64,000 nt of DNA from an uncultured Gemmatimonadales bacterium (GTDB lineage: Bacteria; Gemmatimonadota; Gemmatimonadetes; Longimicrobiales; Gaopeijiaceae). The notes beneath the pieces were generated by a model that did not search any database, was not told where the DNA came from, and saw only the letters and a program-made list of their open reading frames with translations. Positions 54,013 to 64,000 of this stretch are shown here, one piece after another; the stretch's first letter is position 1, and the number at the start of each line of letters is the position of its first letter. The stretch covers positions 493,369-557,368 of the forward strand of contig CAWGKG010000012.1 of the NCBI GenBank assembly GCA_963823035.1, in the 5' to 3' direction. The translations under genes and the position numbers were made by a program.

Positions 54013-55775
54013 TGGAGAACCTGGACGTCGCGCACACCCTCGAGGAGCTGGCCGACCTTCTCGAGATCCAGGGCGCCAACCCCTTCCGCATCCGCGCCTA
54101 CCGCAATGCGGTGCGCACCGTCGAGGGGCTCACGCGGCCGCTGCGGGCCATGCTGGACGCCGGGGAGGACCTGACCGCGCTGCCCGGCATCGGCAAGGAC
54201 ATCGCGGGCCGCATCGAGGAGCTGATCGGCAGCGGGCGTATCGAGATGCTCGAGCAGCTCGACGCGGAGGTCCCCCGCTCGCTGGTCGAGCTGATGCGCC
54301 TGGACGGCGTCGGGCCCAAGAAGGCGAAGAAGCTGTTCGACGAGCTGGCGATCCGTACGGTCGACGACCTCGAAGCCGAGCTGGAGGCCGGCCGGGTGGA
54401 GAAGCTGCAGGGCTTCGGGAAGAAGAGCGCCGAGAAGATCCTCAGGGCCATCGCGGAGCACCGCGCCCACGTAGGCCGCTTCCTCCTCGACGACGTGGAG
54501 GAGCTGGTCGCCCCGGTGATCGAGCACGTGCGTGCGGCGCCGGGCGTCGAGCGTGTGGAGGTCGCGGGTAGCCTGCGTCGCCGCAAGGAGACGATCGGAG
54601 ACGTGGATGTGCTCGCGCAGTGCGAGGGCGACGGCACGGCGGTGGTCGACCACTTCGTGAAGTACGCGGGCGCCGAGCGGGTGGAGGCGGCCGGCGGCAC
54701 GAAGGGGAGCATCGTGCTGCGCTCGGGCCTGCAGATCGACCTGCGCGTGATCCCGCCCCGTTCGTTCGGCGCGGCCATGCAGTACTTCACCGGCTCGAAG
54801 GAGCACAACGTGGCCATGCGCACGCGCGCGGTGCGCCGGGGGCTGCGCGTGAACGAGTGGGGAGTGTTCCGCATCCCGGAGGGCGCCGACCCCGAGTCGC
54901 TCGGGAAGGAGGACGGCGAGCGGCTGGCCGGAGCGGACGAGGAAGGCGTATACGATGCGCTCGGCATGCGCTGGATGCCTCCCGAACTGCGCGAGAACCG
55001 CGGTGAGGTCGAGGCCTCGTTCGACGGCGAGCTACCCCGACTGGTCACCCTGGACGACATCCGCGGCGATCTCCAGATGCACTCCACGTGGAGCGACGGG
55101 AAGGCGTCGCTGGAGGAGATGGCACGCGCTTGCCGCGATCGGGGGTACGCCTACTTCGCCATCACCGACCACAGCCAGGCGATGGCGATGGTGCAGGGGC
55201 TCACGCCGGAGCGGGCCCGCGAGCAGTGGAGGGAGATCGAGGAGGTCCGGGAGCGCGTCCCGGACATCGACATCCTGCGCAGTGCCGAGGTGGACATCCT
55301 GAAGGACGGCGCCCTCGACTTCCCCGACGAGATCCTCGAGGAGCTGGACCTGGTGGTGGTGTCGGTCCATTCGCTCATGGACCAGGACCGGAAGACGATG
55401 ACCGACCGGGTGCTGCGTGCGATCCGGCATCCGAGCGTCGATATTCTGGCACACCCCACAGGCAGGCGGCTGAACCGTCGGCCGCCGTACGACCTCGACG
55501 TGGAGGCCGTGCTGACGGCGGCCGCGGAGCTCGGCGTGGCCGTGGAGCTGAACGCGAACCCGAACCGACTGGACCTGAGCGATGTGCACGTCTTCCGCGC
55601 GAAGGAGCTGGGCGTGAAGGTCGTGATCTCGACGGACGCGCACTCGCCGCGAGGGCTCGCGGACATGCGCTTCGGCGTGGATCAGGCCCGGCGCGGCTGG
55701 CTGGAGCCGGGGGACGTGCTGAACACGCTGTCGGCAGACGATTTCCGGGCGTGGCTCGGAAGAGAGAGCGCTTGA
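54012..55775 (+). CDS. polX: DNA polymerase X with C-terminal PHP domain
   Basis: NPFRIRAY, AGSLRR, GDVD, IDLR, FTGSK; PHP motifs QMHS, TDHS, TDAH. Confidence 0.95.
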
Positions 55776-55788
55776 CGAGGAGCCGCGC

Positions 55789-56751
55789 GTGACGGTTCTC
55801 GCCCTCGACACGCTGCTCCTCGTCGGCGGTATCGGCATCCTGTACTTCGGTGCGGAATGGCTCGTCCGTGGCTCGGTGCATCTGGCGGCATCCCTCGGCG
55901 TGAGCCCGATCGTGGTGGGGCTCACCATCGTGTCGTTCGGGACGTCGGCGCCGGAACTCGTGGTCTGCGTGGTGGCCGCCACGGGCGGGAACTCCGACCT
56001 GGCCATCGGCAACGTCCTCGGCTCCAACCTCGCCAACATCGGGCTGATCCTCGGGCTCACGGCGCTGGTGCGCCCTCTGGAGGTGGCCGCGCGGGTGGTG
56101 TGGCGCGAGGTGCCGCTCATGCTGCTCGTCACGGCCGCGCTCTATCCGCTGGCGTGGGACGGGAAGCTCGGCAGGGGGGACGGCACCATCCTCCTCCTGG
56201 CGCTCGCCGGCTACCTGATCTTCGTCTTCCAGTCCGTCGAGTCCGAGGCGCCGGAGATCGTCGGCGAGTACGAGGAGTTCATGAGATCGTCGGGTCCCGA
56301 CGAGAAGAAGGTGCGTGCCATCGACATCATGCTCGTGGTCGCCGGGTGCGGCGGTCTGGTCCTCGGCGGCTACGCGATCGTCGAGGGCGCCGTGGCGGTG
56401 GCGTCCTTCCTGGGCATCTCGCAGGTGGTGATCGGGCTCACCGTGGTCGCGGTCGGCACGTCGCTTCCGGAGCTGGCCACGTCGCTGGTGGCGGCGATGC
56501 ACAAGGAAGCGGACATCGCGGTCGGCAACGTGATCGGCTCCAACATCTTCAACATCGTGGCGATCCTCGGCACCGCGACCGTGGTGGAGCCGATCAACGT
56601 GGCGCATACGGTGCTTGTGCGGGAGCTGCCGGCGGTGCTCTGCCTCTCCCTGCTCGTCTTCCCGATGCTGCGCACGGGGTGGCGCATCCAGCGATGGGAG
56701 GGCGCGGTCCTGCTGGCATGCTACGTCGGGATCGGGATCTGGCTGTTGTAG
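55789..56751 (+). CDS. Ca2+/Na+ antiporter (YrbG family)
   Basis: GTSAPE..GNVLGSN and GTSLPE..GNVIGSN. Confidence 0.93.
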   Translation: MTVLALDTLLLVGGIGILYFGAEWLVRGSVHLAASLGVSPIVVGLTIVSFGTSAPELVVCVVAATGGNSDLAIGNVLGSNLANIGLILGLTALVRPLEVAARVVWREVPLMLLVTAALYPLAWDGKLGRGDGTILLLALAGYLIFVFQSVESEAPEIVGEYEEFMRSSGPDEKKVRAIDIMLVVAGCGGLVLGGYAIVEGAVAVASFLGISQVVIGLTVVAVGTSLPELATSLVAAMHKEADIAVGNVIGSNIFNIVAILGTATVVEPINVAHTVLVRELPAVLCLSLLVFPMLRTGWRIQRWEGAVLLACYVGIGIWLL

Positions 56752-56773
56752 GCGGCGCCCCGCGGGGCGCCGC
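56752..56773. terminator. GC palindrome between convergent genes
   Basis: GCGGCGCCCCGCGGGGCGCCGC. Confidence 0.45.
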
Positions 56774-56784
56774 CCCGCGGGCTG

Positions 56785-58065
56785 CTAGACCTTCTCGAGG
56801 GCCTGCTCCAGGTCGGCGATGAGGTCCTCGGGGTGCTCGATGCCGATGCTGATCCGGATCAGCGCGGGCGTGATGCCCATCCCCAGCTGATCCTCCGCGG
56901 GAACGTCGGAGTGCGTCATGGTGGCGGGATGCTCCGCCAGGCTTTCCGTGCCGCCCAGGCTCACCGCCAGCTTGACGAGCTGCAGCGCGTTGAGCATGCG
57001 GAACGCCTCGGCCTCGCCGCCGACGATCTCGAAGGAGATCATCCCACCGGGTCCGCGGCACTGCTTGCGGTAGATCGGGAAGTCCGGATCGCCCTCGTCG
57101 AGGTGGCCGAGGTAGTGGACCCGCTCCACCTTCGGGTGGTCCAGCAGATAGTCCGCGACGTAGCGCGCGTTCTTCATCTGGCTGGTCATGCGGAGCTTGA
57201 GCGTCTCCAGGCTCCTCAGCAGCAGCCAGCAGGTCCACGGGCCCGCCATCGTGCCCATGATGGTGCGGGTGGTCTTCACCGCGCCGATCAGCTCCCCGCT
57301 GCCGAGGCAGGCACCGGCGATCAGGTCCGAATGACCGCCCACGTACTTGGTCAGGGAGTAGAGCACCAGGTCGGCGCCCTGCTCGAGCGGGTGCTGCCAG
57401 AGGGGCCCCAGGAAGGTGTTGTCGATGGCGACGAGCGCCCGGCGATCGGGCGACCCGCACGTGCGCGCCAGGTCGGCGCACGCCTCGATGTCCATGAGCG
57501 CGTTCGTGGGGTTGGCCGGCGTTTCGACGTAGATCATCCGCAGGCGCCGCCGCCGCTCCTCGCCTTCGCCGAGCACGCGCTCGAGGCCCTCCATCCCCTG
57601 GACCGCGGGAAAGGAGACGGTCTCGATGCCGAACTCGGGGAGCGTGTGGTGGAGGAGGTACTCCGTCCCGCCGTAGATGGGCTCCGCGAACACCACCACG
57701 TCTCCCGGGCGGAGGAAGGTGAGGAGGGTGGTGGAGATCGCGGCCATCCCGCTCTGGAACGCCGCCGCCGCGGCTGCCTCGTCCCACAGCGTGAGGCGGT
57801 CCTCGAGGATTTCGAGGGTGGGGTTGTTCAGACGCGAGTAGATCAGGCCCATCGTCTCGGACGGCGACTTCTCGCGCAGGCCGTACGCCACCTCGAAGAA
57901 CGCCTTGCCCTCCTCGGCGGACTCGAAGACGAACGTCGAGGTCTGGAAGATCGGGGGCTTGGCCGATCCCTCCGACCACTCCGGCTCGTAGCCGAAGCTC
58001 ATCATGAGGCTCTCGGGCCTCACGACGTGTTCACCGATCCGCTTCTTCTTCTCCTTGTCCCACAT
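56785..58065 (-). CDS. Cystathionine gamma-synthase / methionine gamma-lyase family PLP enzyme
   Basis: YSRLNNPT, SGMAAI, ETPANPT, SLTKYVGGHSD, AVSLGG. Confidence 0.93.
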   Translation of the reverse strand: MWDKEKKKRIGEHVVRPESLMMSFGYEPEWSEGSAKPPIFQTSTFVFESAEEGKAFFEVAYGLREKSPSETMGLIYSRLNNPTLEILEDRLTLWDEAAAAAAFQSGMAAISTTLLTFLRPGDVVVFAEPIYGGTEYLLHHTLPEFGIETVSFPAVQGMEGLERVLGEGEERRRRLRMIYVETPANPTNALMDIEACADLARTCGSPDRRALVAIDNTFLGPLWQHPLEQGADLVLYSLTKYVGGHSDLIAGACLGSGELIGAVKTTRTIMGTMAGPWTCWLLLRSLETLKLRMTSQMKNARYVADYLLDHPKVERVHYLGHLDEGDPDFPIYRKQCRGPGGMISFEIVGGEAEAFRMLNALQLVKLAVSLGGTESLAEHPATMTHSDVPAEDQLGMGITPALIRISIGIEHPEDLIADLEQALEKV

Positions 58066-58252
58066 GGGGACCGCTCCTGGGTAGCCGGGCGCGTGAAGGT
58101 GGCCGGCGGTCGCGACGGCTCGAACGACCGGGGCTGAACGGCTTGGGCGGAAGGGTGTCTGAAAGCTACGGAAGGGCCGCGAGCGCGTCGACGCTTGCGG
58201 GGGCGTCGCCGCCGGGTGGAGGTTGCAGCCGTCCCACACAGGAGGGTGCCTC

Positions 58253-59404
58253 TTGAGTCAGGAATCGCGGCCGGTCCACGAGGCCATCGACCGATGGGAG
58301 ACGCGGGGGCTCGTCCCCCCGGAGCTCGCGGAGCGGCTGCGCAGCGATGTGGAGGAAGCCTCCCACGCCGGTACGGCCCGGATGAGCCAGTACGTGGTGG
58401 CCGGCACCGCGGCGGTGGTGCTGCTGCTGGCCGCCGGCGTGTTCGTGGAGTGGGCCTGGCCGCTCATGGGCGAGCGGGCGCGCTCCACCTTCCTCGCCGC
58501 GCTCGGCGTAGGGGTCTACCTGTGGGGCGCGCGCATCGAGTGGAGCCGCCGCTGGCTGCCGGCCTCGCTGCTCATGCAGATCGCCGGCCTCGGGCTCGTC
58601 CTCGGCGCCCTCGTCTACATGGACCGCGTGTGGAGCGAGGGTCCGGCGGGCGTGGTCGTCGGGGTGCTCGCGCTGGTCGTGCCGATCGTGCTCGCCCCCC
58701 GCTCGTTCCGGCGCAGCGCGGTCATGCCCGCCGTGCACCTCTGCTTCGGTCTCGCGTTCCTCGCGGTCTTTCTCGACCGCGTGACGGGACTCGAGCCCGA
58801 CGCCATCGTCTGGGCGCTCGACGGCGTCCTCGCGCTCTCGGCGCTCGGACTCGTCTACACCCTCCGCTCCGACCCGTACGGCGAGCGTCACCCCTGGGCG
58901 CTCAACGCCTTCGTGGCCGCGGTGTACTCCGGCTTCTTCCTCGTGCTCCTGACCGGCGTCGGGCCGCTCGACCTCAACGAAGCGGCGGTCCTGCCGCTCG
59001 ACCTCTGGCTCCTCCTCGCGGTCGGATTGACCCTGTGGGGGATGCACCTCGCGCCGGCCGGGTTGCGTCGGGACTGGTTCGGGACGCAGCTCGCGTGGGC
59101 CATCGTGATGTGGATCCCGTTGGGGATGTACACCGCGCTCGAGGCGCTCGACGGGTCGTCGGAGGTCGCCCTCGTCCTGGTGGGAGGCGCGGGCGTGGCC
59201 GGCTTCGTGTACGCCGTGCGCTTTCGGGTGCGCCGTGTCCTGACGGCCAGCGCGATCGCCTTCATCGCCCCGACGTGGTACTGGGCGGTCGACCGGGCGG
59301 GTGCGCTGGGGGCCGTCCTGGCCCTGGGCGTCACGGCCGTGGCGCTCTTCCGGCTGTCCGGCCGCATCCAGACGTGGCTGGGCGGCGAAAGCACCTCCGC
59401 ATAG
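58253..59404 (+). CDS. Membrane protein (DUF2157-like)
   Basis: IDRWETRGLV N-terminus; many TM helices; AGGAGG upstream. Confidence 0.75.
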   Translation: MSQESRPVHEAIDRWETRGLVPPELAERLRSDVEEASHAGTARMSQYVVAGTAAVVLLLAAGVFVEWAWPLMGERARSTFLAALGVGVYLWGARIEWSRRWLPASLLMQIAGLGLVLGALVYMDRVWSEGPAGVVVGVLALVVPIVLAPRSFRRSAVMPAVHLCFGLAFLAVFLDRVTGLEPDAIVWALDGVLALSALGLVYTLRSDPYGERHPWALNAFVAAVYSGFFLVLLTGVGPLDLNEAAVLPLDLWLLLAVGLTLWGMHLAPAGLRRDWFGTQLAWAIVMWIPLGMYTALEALDGSSEVALVLVGGAGVAGFVYAVRFRVRRVLTASAIAFIAPTWYWAVDRAGALGAVLALGVTAVALFRLSGRIQTWLGGESTSA

Positions 59405-59459
59405 GTTTGGGGTTCTCTGTAAGAGGACCGGGAACCCCGAGCGGGAGACTGCGAAGCCG

Positions 59460-60359
59460 ATGCTTCCTGTCGATCTCAGTGGCAAGCGCGCGTTCGTCGC
59501 GGGCGTGGGCGAGGACAGCGGCTACGGATGGGCGATCGTGCGCGCGCTCGCCCGCGCCGGTGCGTCGGTCTGTGTGGGCACATGGCCGCCGATGATGCGC
59601 ATCTTCATGAAGAGCATGGAGCGCGGGCGCCTGGACACGGCCCTGCCGGACGGCAGTGAGATCGAGATCGAGAGGGTCTATCCACTCGACGCGATGTTCG
59701 ACACGCCCGAGGACGTGCCTGACGAGATCCGGGAGGACAAGCGCTACTCCGAGCTGGAAGGGTACACGATCCAGGAGGTCGCCGACCGGATGAAGTCCGA
59801 CTTCGGCGAGGGATGTCTGGACGTGCTCGTCCATTCGCTCGCGAACGGCCCCGAGGTGAAGAACATGCTCCTCGAGACCAGCCGGCAGGGCTACCTCGCG
59901 GCGGTGAGCACCAGCGCCTACTCGCTGGTCAGCCTGGTGCAGCGGATGGGCCCGCTCATGCCCCCGGGTGGGGCGGTGGTATCGCTCAGCTACCTGGCGG
60001 CCGAACGGGCCGTGCCCGGATACGGCGGCGGGATGAGCTCCGCGAAGGCGGCGCTCGAGAGCGACACGCGCCTTCTGGCGTACGAGGCGGGACGGCGGTG
60101 GGGCATCCGCGTCAACACGATCAGCGCGGGCCCTCTCGCCAGCCGGGCCGCGAAGGCGATCGGCACGATCGATCGCATGGTCGATTACTACCGGGCGAAC
60201 GCCGCGCTTCCGGACGTTCAGACCGCGGACGACGTCGGAAATGCCGCCGCCTTCCTGTGCTCCCCGCTCGGCGCCGGCATCTCCGGCGCGACGCTGCATG
60301 TGGACAAGGGCTACCACGCGATGGGCATGGCCGCCGATCTCCACGCGGCCCCGGAGTAG
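59460..60359 (+). CDS. fabI: Enoyl-ACP reductase, plant/Chlamydia-type
   Basis: AGVG..SGYGWAI, VGTWPP, HSLANGPE, GYGGGMSSAKAALESD, ISAGPL. Confidence 0.93.
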   Translation: MLPVDLSGKRAFVAGVGEDSGYGWAIVRALARAGASVCVGTWPPMMRIFMKSMERGRLDTALPDGSEIEIERVYPLDAMFDTPEDVPDEIREDKRYSELEGYTIQEVADRMKSDFGEGCLDVLVHSLANGPEVKNMLLETSRQGYLAAVSTSAYSLVSLVQRMGPLMPPGGAVVSLSYLAAERAVPGYGGGMSSAKAALESDTRLLAYEAGRRWGIRVNTISAGPLASRAAKAIGTIDRMVDYYRANAALPDVQTADDVGNAAAFLCSPLGAGISGATLHVDKGYHAMGMAADLHAAPE

Positions 60360-60389
60360 CGGGGCGGGCGCGCCCGCCCCTTCGACGCG

Positions 60390-61760
60390 ATGAGCCGGAA
60401 GAGGCGCCTGGGGGGACGACTCCCCGAGATCCGGGTCCCTCCGCCCGGGCCGGCTTCGCGGGAGCTCGCGCGCCGGCTGCGCGCCGTCGAGTCGCGGAAC
60501 GTGACGGCGGTATCCGACGGGTGGCCCGTGTTCTGGGAGGAGGCGGCGGGCACCAACGTGCTCGACGCCGACGGCAACCTCTACCTCGACCTCACCGGGG
60601 CCTTCGGCGTCGGCCTGCTCGGCCACGCCCACCCCGGCGTGGTGGAGGCCGTCGAGCGTCAGGCCGGCGCTCTCGTGCACGGCATGGGCGACGTGCATCC
60701 CCCGTCCGTGAAGCTCCGCCTGCTCGAGCGGCTCTGCGCGATGGCGCCCTGGGACGACGCTCGCGGGGTCCTGTCGTCGACCGGCTCGGAGGCGGTGGAG
60801 ACCGCCCTCAAGACGACGCTTCTCGCGACGGGCCGGCCCGGCATCCTCGCGTTCGAGGGCGCGTACCACGGCCTGACGCTCGGTGCGCTGGCCGCAACGG
60901 ACCGCGCGCTCTTCCGCGATCCGTTCCGGTCCCGACTGTACGGGGGCGTGACCTTCGCGCCGTTCCCCGACCCCGTGCGCCAGGGTGCCGATGCCGCCAC
61001 GACCTCGCTCGCGCGGGTGCGTGAGGCGCTGGAGCGGGGCGCGCCCAACGGCGATCCCATCGGAGCCGTCATCGTCGAGCCGGTTCAGGGAAGGGCCGGA
61101 GTGCGCGTGGCGCCCGACGGCTTCATGGCACGCCTGGGCGCGCTGGCCCACGAGGCCGGCGCGCTGGTGGTGGCCGACGAGGTCTTCACGGGGATGGGCC
61201 GATGCGGCGCGGCGTTCGCCTCGTCGCGGGTGGGTCTCTCGCCCGACGTGATCTGCCTCGGCAAGGCCCTCGGCGGAGGCCTGCCGATGAGCGCCTGCCT
61301 GGCGCCGCGTGCCGTCATGGACGCCTGGCCCGAGAGCGAGGGCGAGGCCGTGCACACCAGCACGTTCCTCGGCCACCCGCTCGGGTGCGCGGCGGCGCTC
61401 GCGGTGCTCGATGCGATGGAGTCGGAGGGGGTCGCGGAGCGGGCGCGCAGGCTGGGCGGGCGCCTGATCGCCAAGCTCCGCGAGCGGCTGGAGGGCCGAC
61501 CGGCCGTGGCGGACGTGCGCGGTCTCGGGTTGATGATCGGCATCGAGATGGCGCGTGAGGCGGACAAGGCTCCGCTGGTCGGCGCCGCGGTGCGCGCCGC
61601 CGAGGCGGCGCTGGCTCGTGGCGTGTTGGTGCTGCCCGCCGGGGAGCACGGCCACGTTCTCGAGCTGACGCCGGCCGTGGATCTCACGGACGAACAGGTC
61701 GCGTTGGCCGTCGACGTGGTGGCCGACGCCGTGGCCCGGGCCGTGGCGGGGGCGGCGTGA
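60390..61760 (+). CDS. Class III PLP aminotransferase (GABA-transaminase-like)
   Basis: GSEAVE, YHG, EPVQG, DEVFTG, GKALGGG, TF.GHP. Confidence 0.92.
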   Translation: MSRKRRLGGRLPEIRVPPPGPASRELARRLRAVESRNVTAVSDGWPVFWEEAAGTNVLDADGNLYLDLTGAFGVGLLGHAHPGVVEAVERQAGALVHGMGDVHPPSVKLRLLERLCAMAPWDDARGVLSSTGSEAVETALKTTLLATGRPGILAFEGAYHGLTLGALAATDRALFRDPFRSRLYGGVTFAPFPDPVRQGADAATTSLARVREALERGAPNGDPIGAVIVEPVQGRAGVRVAPDGFMARLGALAHEAGALVVADEVFTGMGRCGAAFASSRVGLSPDVICLGKALGGGLPMSACLAPRAVMDAWPESEGEAVHTSTFLGHPLGCAAALAVLDAMESEGVAERARRLGGRLIAKLRERLEGRPAVADVRGLGLMIGIEMAREADKAPLVGAAVRAAEAALARGVLVLPAGEHGHVLELTPAVDLTDEQVALAVDVVADAVARAVAGAA

Positions 61761-62473
61761 GGCGGGTCCGGGGGTCCGGCGGGCGGGTGAGGAGGCTGGC
61801 GCTCGTCGGCGCGCTCCTGCTCGGCGCGCCGGCCGCATCGCCCGCGAAGTCGCTCCCCTGGGGCACGGACGTTCCCGTCTTGCTCGTGCCCGGGTGGTTC
61901 GACACGGCGCGTGAGCTGGCACCCCTGCGGATCCGCCTGGTCAGTGCGGGATGGTCCGAGCGGTCCGTGGTGGCGATCACCTTCGACGATCCCACCGGCA
62001 GCAACGTGGCGCACGCCCGTGAGATCGCAGAGGCCGTGGACACCCTCCTCGCGCGCACCGGCGCCCGGCGCGTGGACATCGTCGCACACTCGATGGGCGG
62101 ACTGGCGACCCGGGAGTACCTGAAGGACCCGGAGGGGGCGCGGCACGTGCGTCGGGTCGTCCTCCTCGCGACACCCAACCAGGGCACCTACACCGCCTAT
62201 CTCGCCTTCGGAGGAGGACGCGACGAGATGCTGCCCGGAAGCATGTTCCTCGACTCCCTCAACGCCGGCCCGCCGGTGCCGCCCGGGGTGGAGATCGTGA
62301 CGCTGCGGACGCCACTCGACGCGCACGTCCTCCCACCCGAGTCCGCCACCCTCCCCGGCGCCGAGGACGTGGAGGTGTGCTGCCCCACGCACGAGGGGCT
62401 GCTGCGCGACCTCGAGGTGTTCCGGATCGTGCGGCGGTTCCTCTCGGACGGCGTCGCCGCGGAGGACCGCTGA
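61757..62473 (+). CDS. Exported lipase (class 2-like alpha/beta hydrolase)
   Basis: PVLLVPG, AHSMG, TPNQGT, C-terminal His. Confidence 0.85.
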   Translation: MRRVRGSGGRVRRLALVGALLLGAPAASPAKSLPWGTDVPVLLVPGWFDTARELAPLRIRLVSAGWSERSVVAITFDDPTGSNVAHAREIAEAVDTLLARTGARRVDIVAHSMGGLATREYLKDPEGARHVRRVVLLATPNQGTYTAYLAFGGGRDEMLPGSMFLDSLNAGPPVPPGVEIVTLRTPLDAHVLPPESATLPGAEDVEVCCPTHEGLLRDLEVFRIVRRFLSDGVAAEDR

Positions 62474-63139
62474 TGGCCATCCGGCGGAGGGTCCGAATGG
62501 GCGGCGGTGCTGTTCGACCTCGACGGCACCCTCGCGGACACGGTGGATCTCATCCTGCGTTGCTACCGGCACACGATGCAGGTCCACCTCGGCGCACCCC
62601 CGCCCGACGAGCGATGGCTCTCCGGCATCGGCACGCCGCTGACCGACCAGCTGCGCGGGTTCGCGCGCGACTCCGAGGAGGCCCTGGCCATGGCCCGCAC
62701 CTACTCGGCGTTCCAGAAGACCATCCACGACCAGATGGTCGCTCCCTTTCCCGGTGCCGTGGAGATGGTGGGCGCGTTACGCGCCCGCGGTGTCGCGGTC
62801 GGGGTGGTGACCAGCAAACGCAGCGAAGTGGCCGGCAGAACGCTCGAGCGCTGCGGCTTCGCCGGGACGTACGACGTGCTGGTGTGCGCGGACGACGTCA
62901 CGCACGGCAAGCCAGACCCCGAGCCCGTGCTGTTGGCGCTCGATCGGCTCGGCCTGCCGGAGGCCGCGCGTAGATCCCTCTTCGTCGGGGATTCCCCCCA
63001 CGACCTCAAGGCGGGGAGGGCTGCCGGCACGAAGACCGCGGCGGCGCTGTGGGGTCCGTTCGCGCACGACGTTCTGCGGGCGCAGGCGGCGGATTTCTAT
63101 GTCGGCCAGCCCGTGGAGGTGCTGTCGCTCGAGCCGTGA
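62473..63139 (+). CDS. HAD-IA phosphatase (PpaX-like); probable indel just after the ATG
   Basis: DLDGT, VTSK, KPDPE, GDSPHD. Confidence 0.9.
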
Positions 63140-63156
63140 GGCGACTCCGCCGGCGG

Positions 63157-63453
63157 CTAGCTCGCGGAGGTGGCGAAGTCCACCTGCTCCGCCAGCGTGA
63201 GGTCTTTCTCGGTGATGCCCCCGGCGCTGTGCGTCGAGAGGGTGAGCGTGACGCGGTCGTAGCGCACGTCGATGTCCGGGTGGTGGTCCGCGGTGTCGGC
63301 CAGCGTGGCCACGCGGTTCACGAACACCACCGAGTCCCGGAAGGAGGAGAAATGGAACTCCTTGATCAGCGTGTTCGACTTTCGCTTCCATCCCGTGCGG
63401 CCCTTCAGCCAGCTCTGGATCGATGCGCTGTTCAGCTTGTCCGTCTTCGCCAT
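63157..63453 (-). CDS. Pterin-4a-carbinolamine dehydratase
   Basis: DHHPD, STHSAGGITEKD. Confidence 0.93.
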   Translation of the reverse strand: MAKTDKLNSASIQSWLKGRTGWKRKSNTLIKEFHFSSFRDSVVFVNRVATLADTADHHPDIDVRYDRVTLTLSTHSAGGITEKDLTLAEQVDFATSAS

Positions 63454-63578
63454 CGCGACCCCGCGTCCTGGTTCGTGGATTCCCGGCGCCCGTTCATACC
63501 CCCGTGCACCTCCCCGTTTCCGTCATGCAAACGGTCATAACTGTCGGGGACACCGTACTTCGCGGGGGCGTTGAGGGG

Positions 63579-63608
63579 TTGACCCCCTGACGCGGCCGTT
63601 TTTACTAT
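63579..63608 (+). promoter_or_regulatory. Sigma70 promoter of the tRNA pair
   Basis: TTGACC-18 bp-TACTAT. Confidence 0.6.
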
Positions 63609-63636
63609 TGGGGCCCTCCTGCAGCGGAGGGTCCAC

Positions 63637-63709
63637 GCCCCCATCGTCTAGCGGTCTAGGATCTCTGGTTCTCAGCCAGAAGACCGGGGTTCGAGTCCCC
63701 GTGGGGGTA
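63637..63709 (+). tRNA. tRNA-Glu (CTC)
   Basis: Acceptor GCCCCCA/TGGGGGT; anticodon arm TCTGG-TTCTCAG-CCAGA; GTTCGAG T-loop; CCA not encoded. Confidence 0.95.
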
Positions 63710-63761
63710 CTGAAGCGTGCGAGGCGGGGTCCGGGCACCGCCCGGGCCCCGCACGGACACA

Positions 63762-63834
63762 GGTCGCTTAGCTCAGTTGGTAGAGCGCTACGTTCACATC
63801 GTAGAAGTCGCAGGTTCGAGTCCTGCAGCGACCA
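63762..63834 (+). tRNA. tRNA-Val (CAC)
   Basis: Acceptor GGTCGCT/AGCGACC; anticodon arm CTACG-TTCACAT-CGTAG; T-loop. Confidence 0.95.
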
Positions 63835-63853
63835 TAGCGATTCTCGGAAGTGA

Positions 63854-63887
63854 CGACGCCCCAACAGCTTAGGTTGTTGGGGCGTTG
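63854..63887 (+). terminator. Hairpin after tRNA-Val
   Basis: CGACGCCCCAACAGC-ttag-GTTGTTGGGGCGTTG. Confidence 0.65.
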
Positions 63888-63892
63888 CTGTA

Positions 63893-63983
63893 TGTGGAAG
63901 GTACCTGTGGAAGGTTTCCGTGGGGTGGATGGCGGCGAGAGTCCAGTAACGGCGCGGAAAAGGGGGCGAGAGGTTCCACAGGT
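63893..63983. repeat. Short direct and inverted repeats (integrase arm-site-like)
   Basis: TGTGGAAGGT at 63893 and 63906; TTCCACAGGT at 63974 is the reverse complement of 63903-63912. Confidence 0.55.
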
Positions 63984-64000
63984 GGTGGTCCCAGGAGAAC

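Noticed and set aside
58066..58250. SAM riboswitch upstream of the Met/Cys enzyme
   Set aside because: No SAM-I core motifs recognisable
59405..59445. Alternative hairpins before fabI as a regulatory RNA
   Set aside because: Short, GC-rich and with no known motif; insufficient support
60361..60380. GC palindrome as a REP/MITE family
   Set aside because: The intergenic palindromes in the window do not share sequence

Overview
Very GC-rich bacterial chromosomal window. The gene repertoire (ECF43-type sigma plus Ser/Thr kinase, REC-like/AraC regulator, plant/Chlamydia-type FabI, many lipoproteins) suggests Gemmatimonadota (inference). About 60 CDSs are present, including an HcrA/HcrB-like molybdoenzyme pair, a sufCBD-Rieske-sufSU operon, lutABC, ComDE-like decarboxylase subunits, ligA-polX, and tRNA-Glu(CTC) plus tRNA-Val(CAC) at the right end. 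Many genes, including the normally essential ligA, carry apparent single-base frameshifts, most likely long-read assembly errors. No CRISPR array, rRNA, transposase or integrase was seen. Best leads: (1) an apparent in-frame fusion of an AraC regulator to a catalytically intact PBP4/DacB, coupled to a membrane M28 peptidase; (2) an STT3/AglB-like GT-C protein with a divergent WWDxG motif; (3) an orphan PemK/MazF-like protein with an extra N-terminal domain; (4) a degenerate class III cyclase divergent from an ECF/kinase pair; (5) lutABC next to ComDE-like genes and a permease; (6) several 'hollowed-out' gene remnants; (7) a probable island boundary after tRNA-Val. All calls come from motif recognition by eye; no database searches were run.
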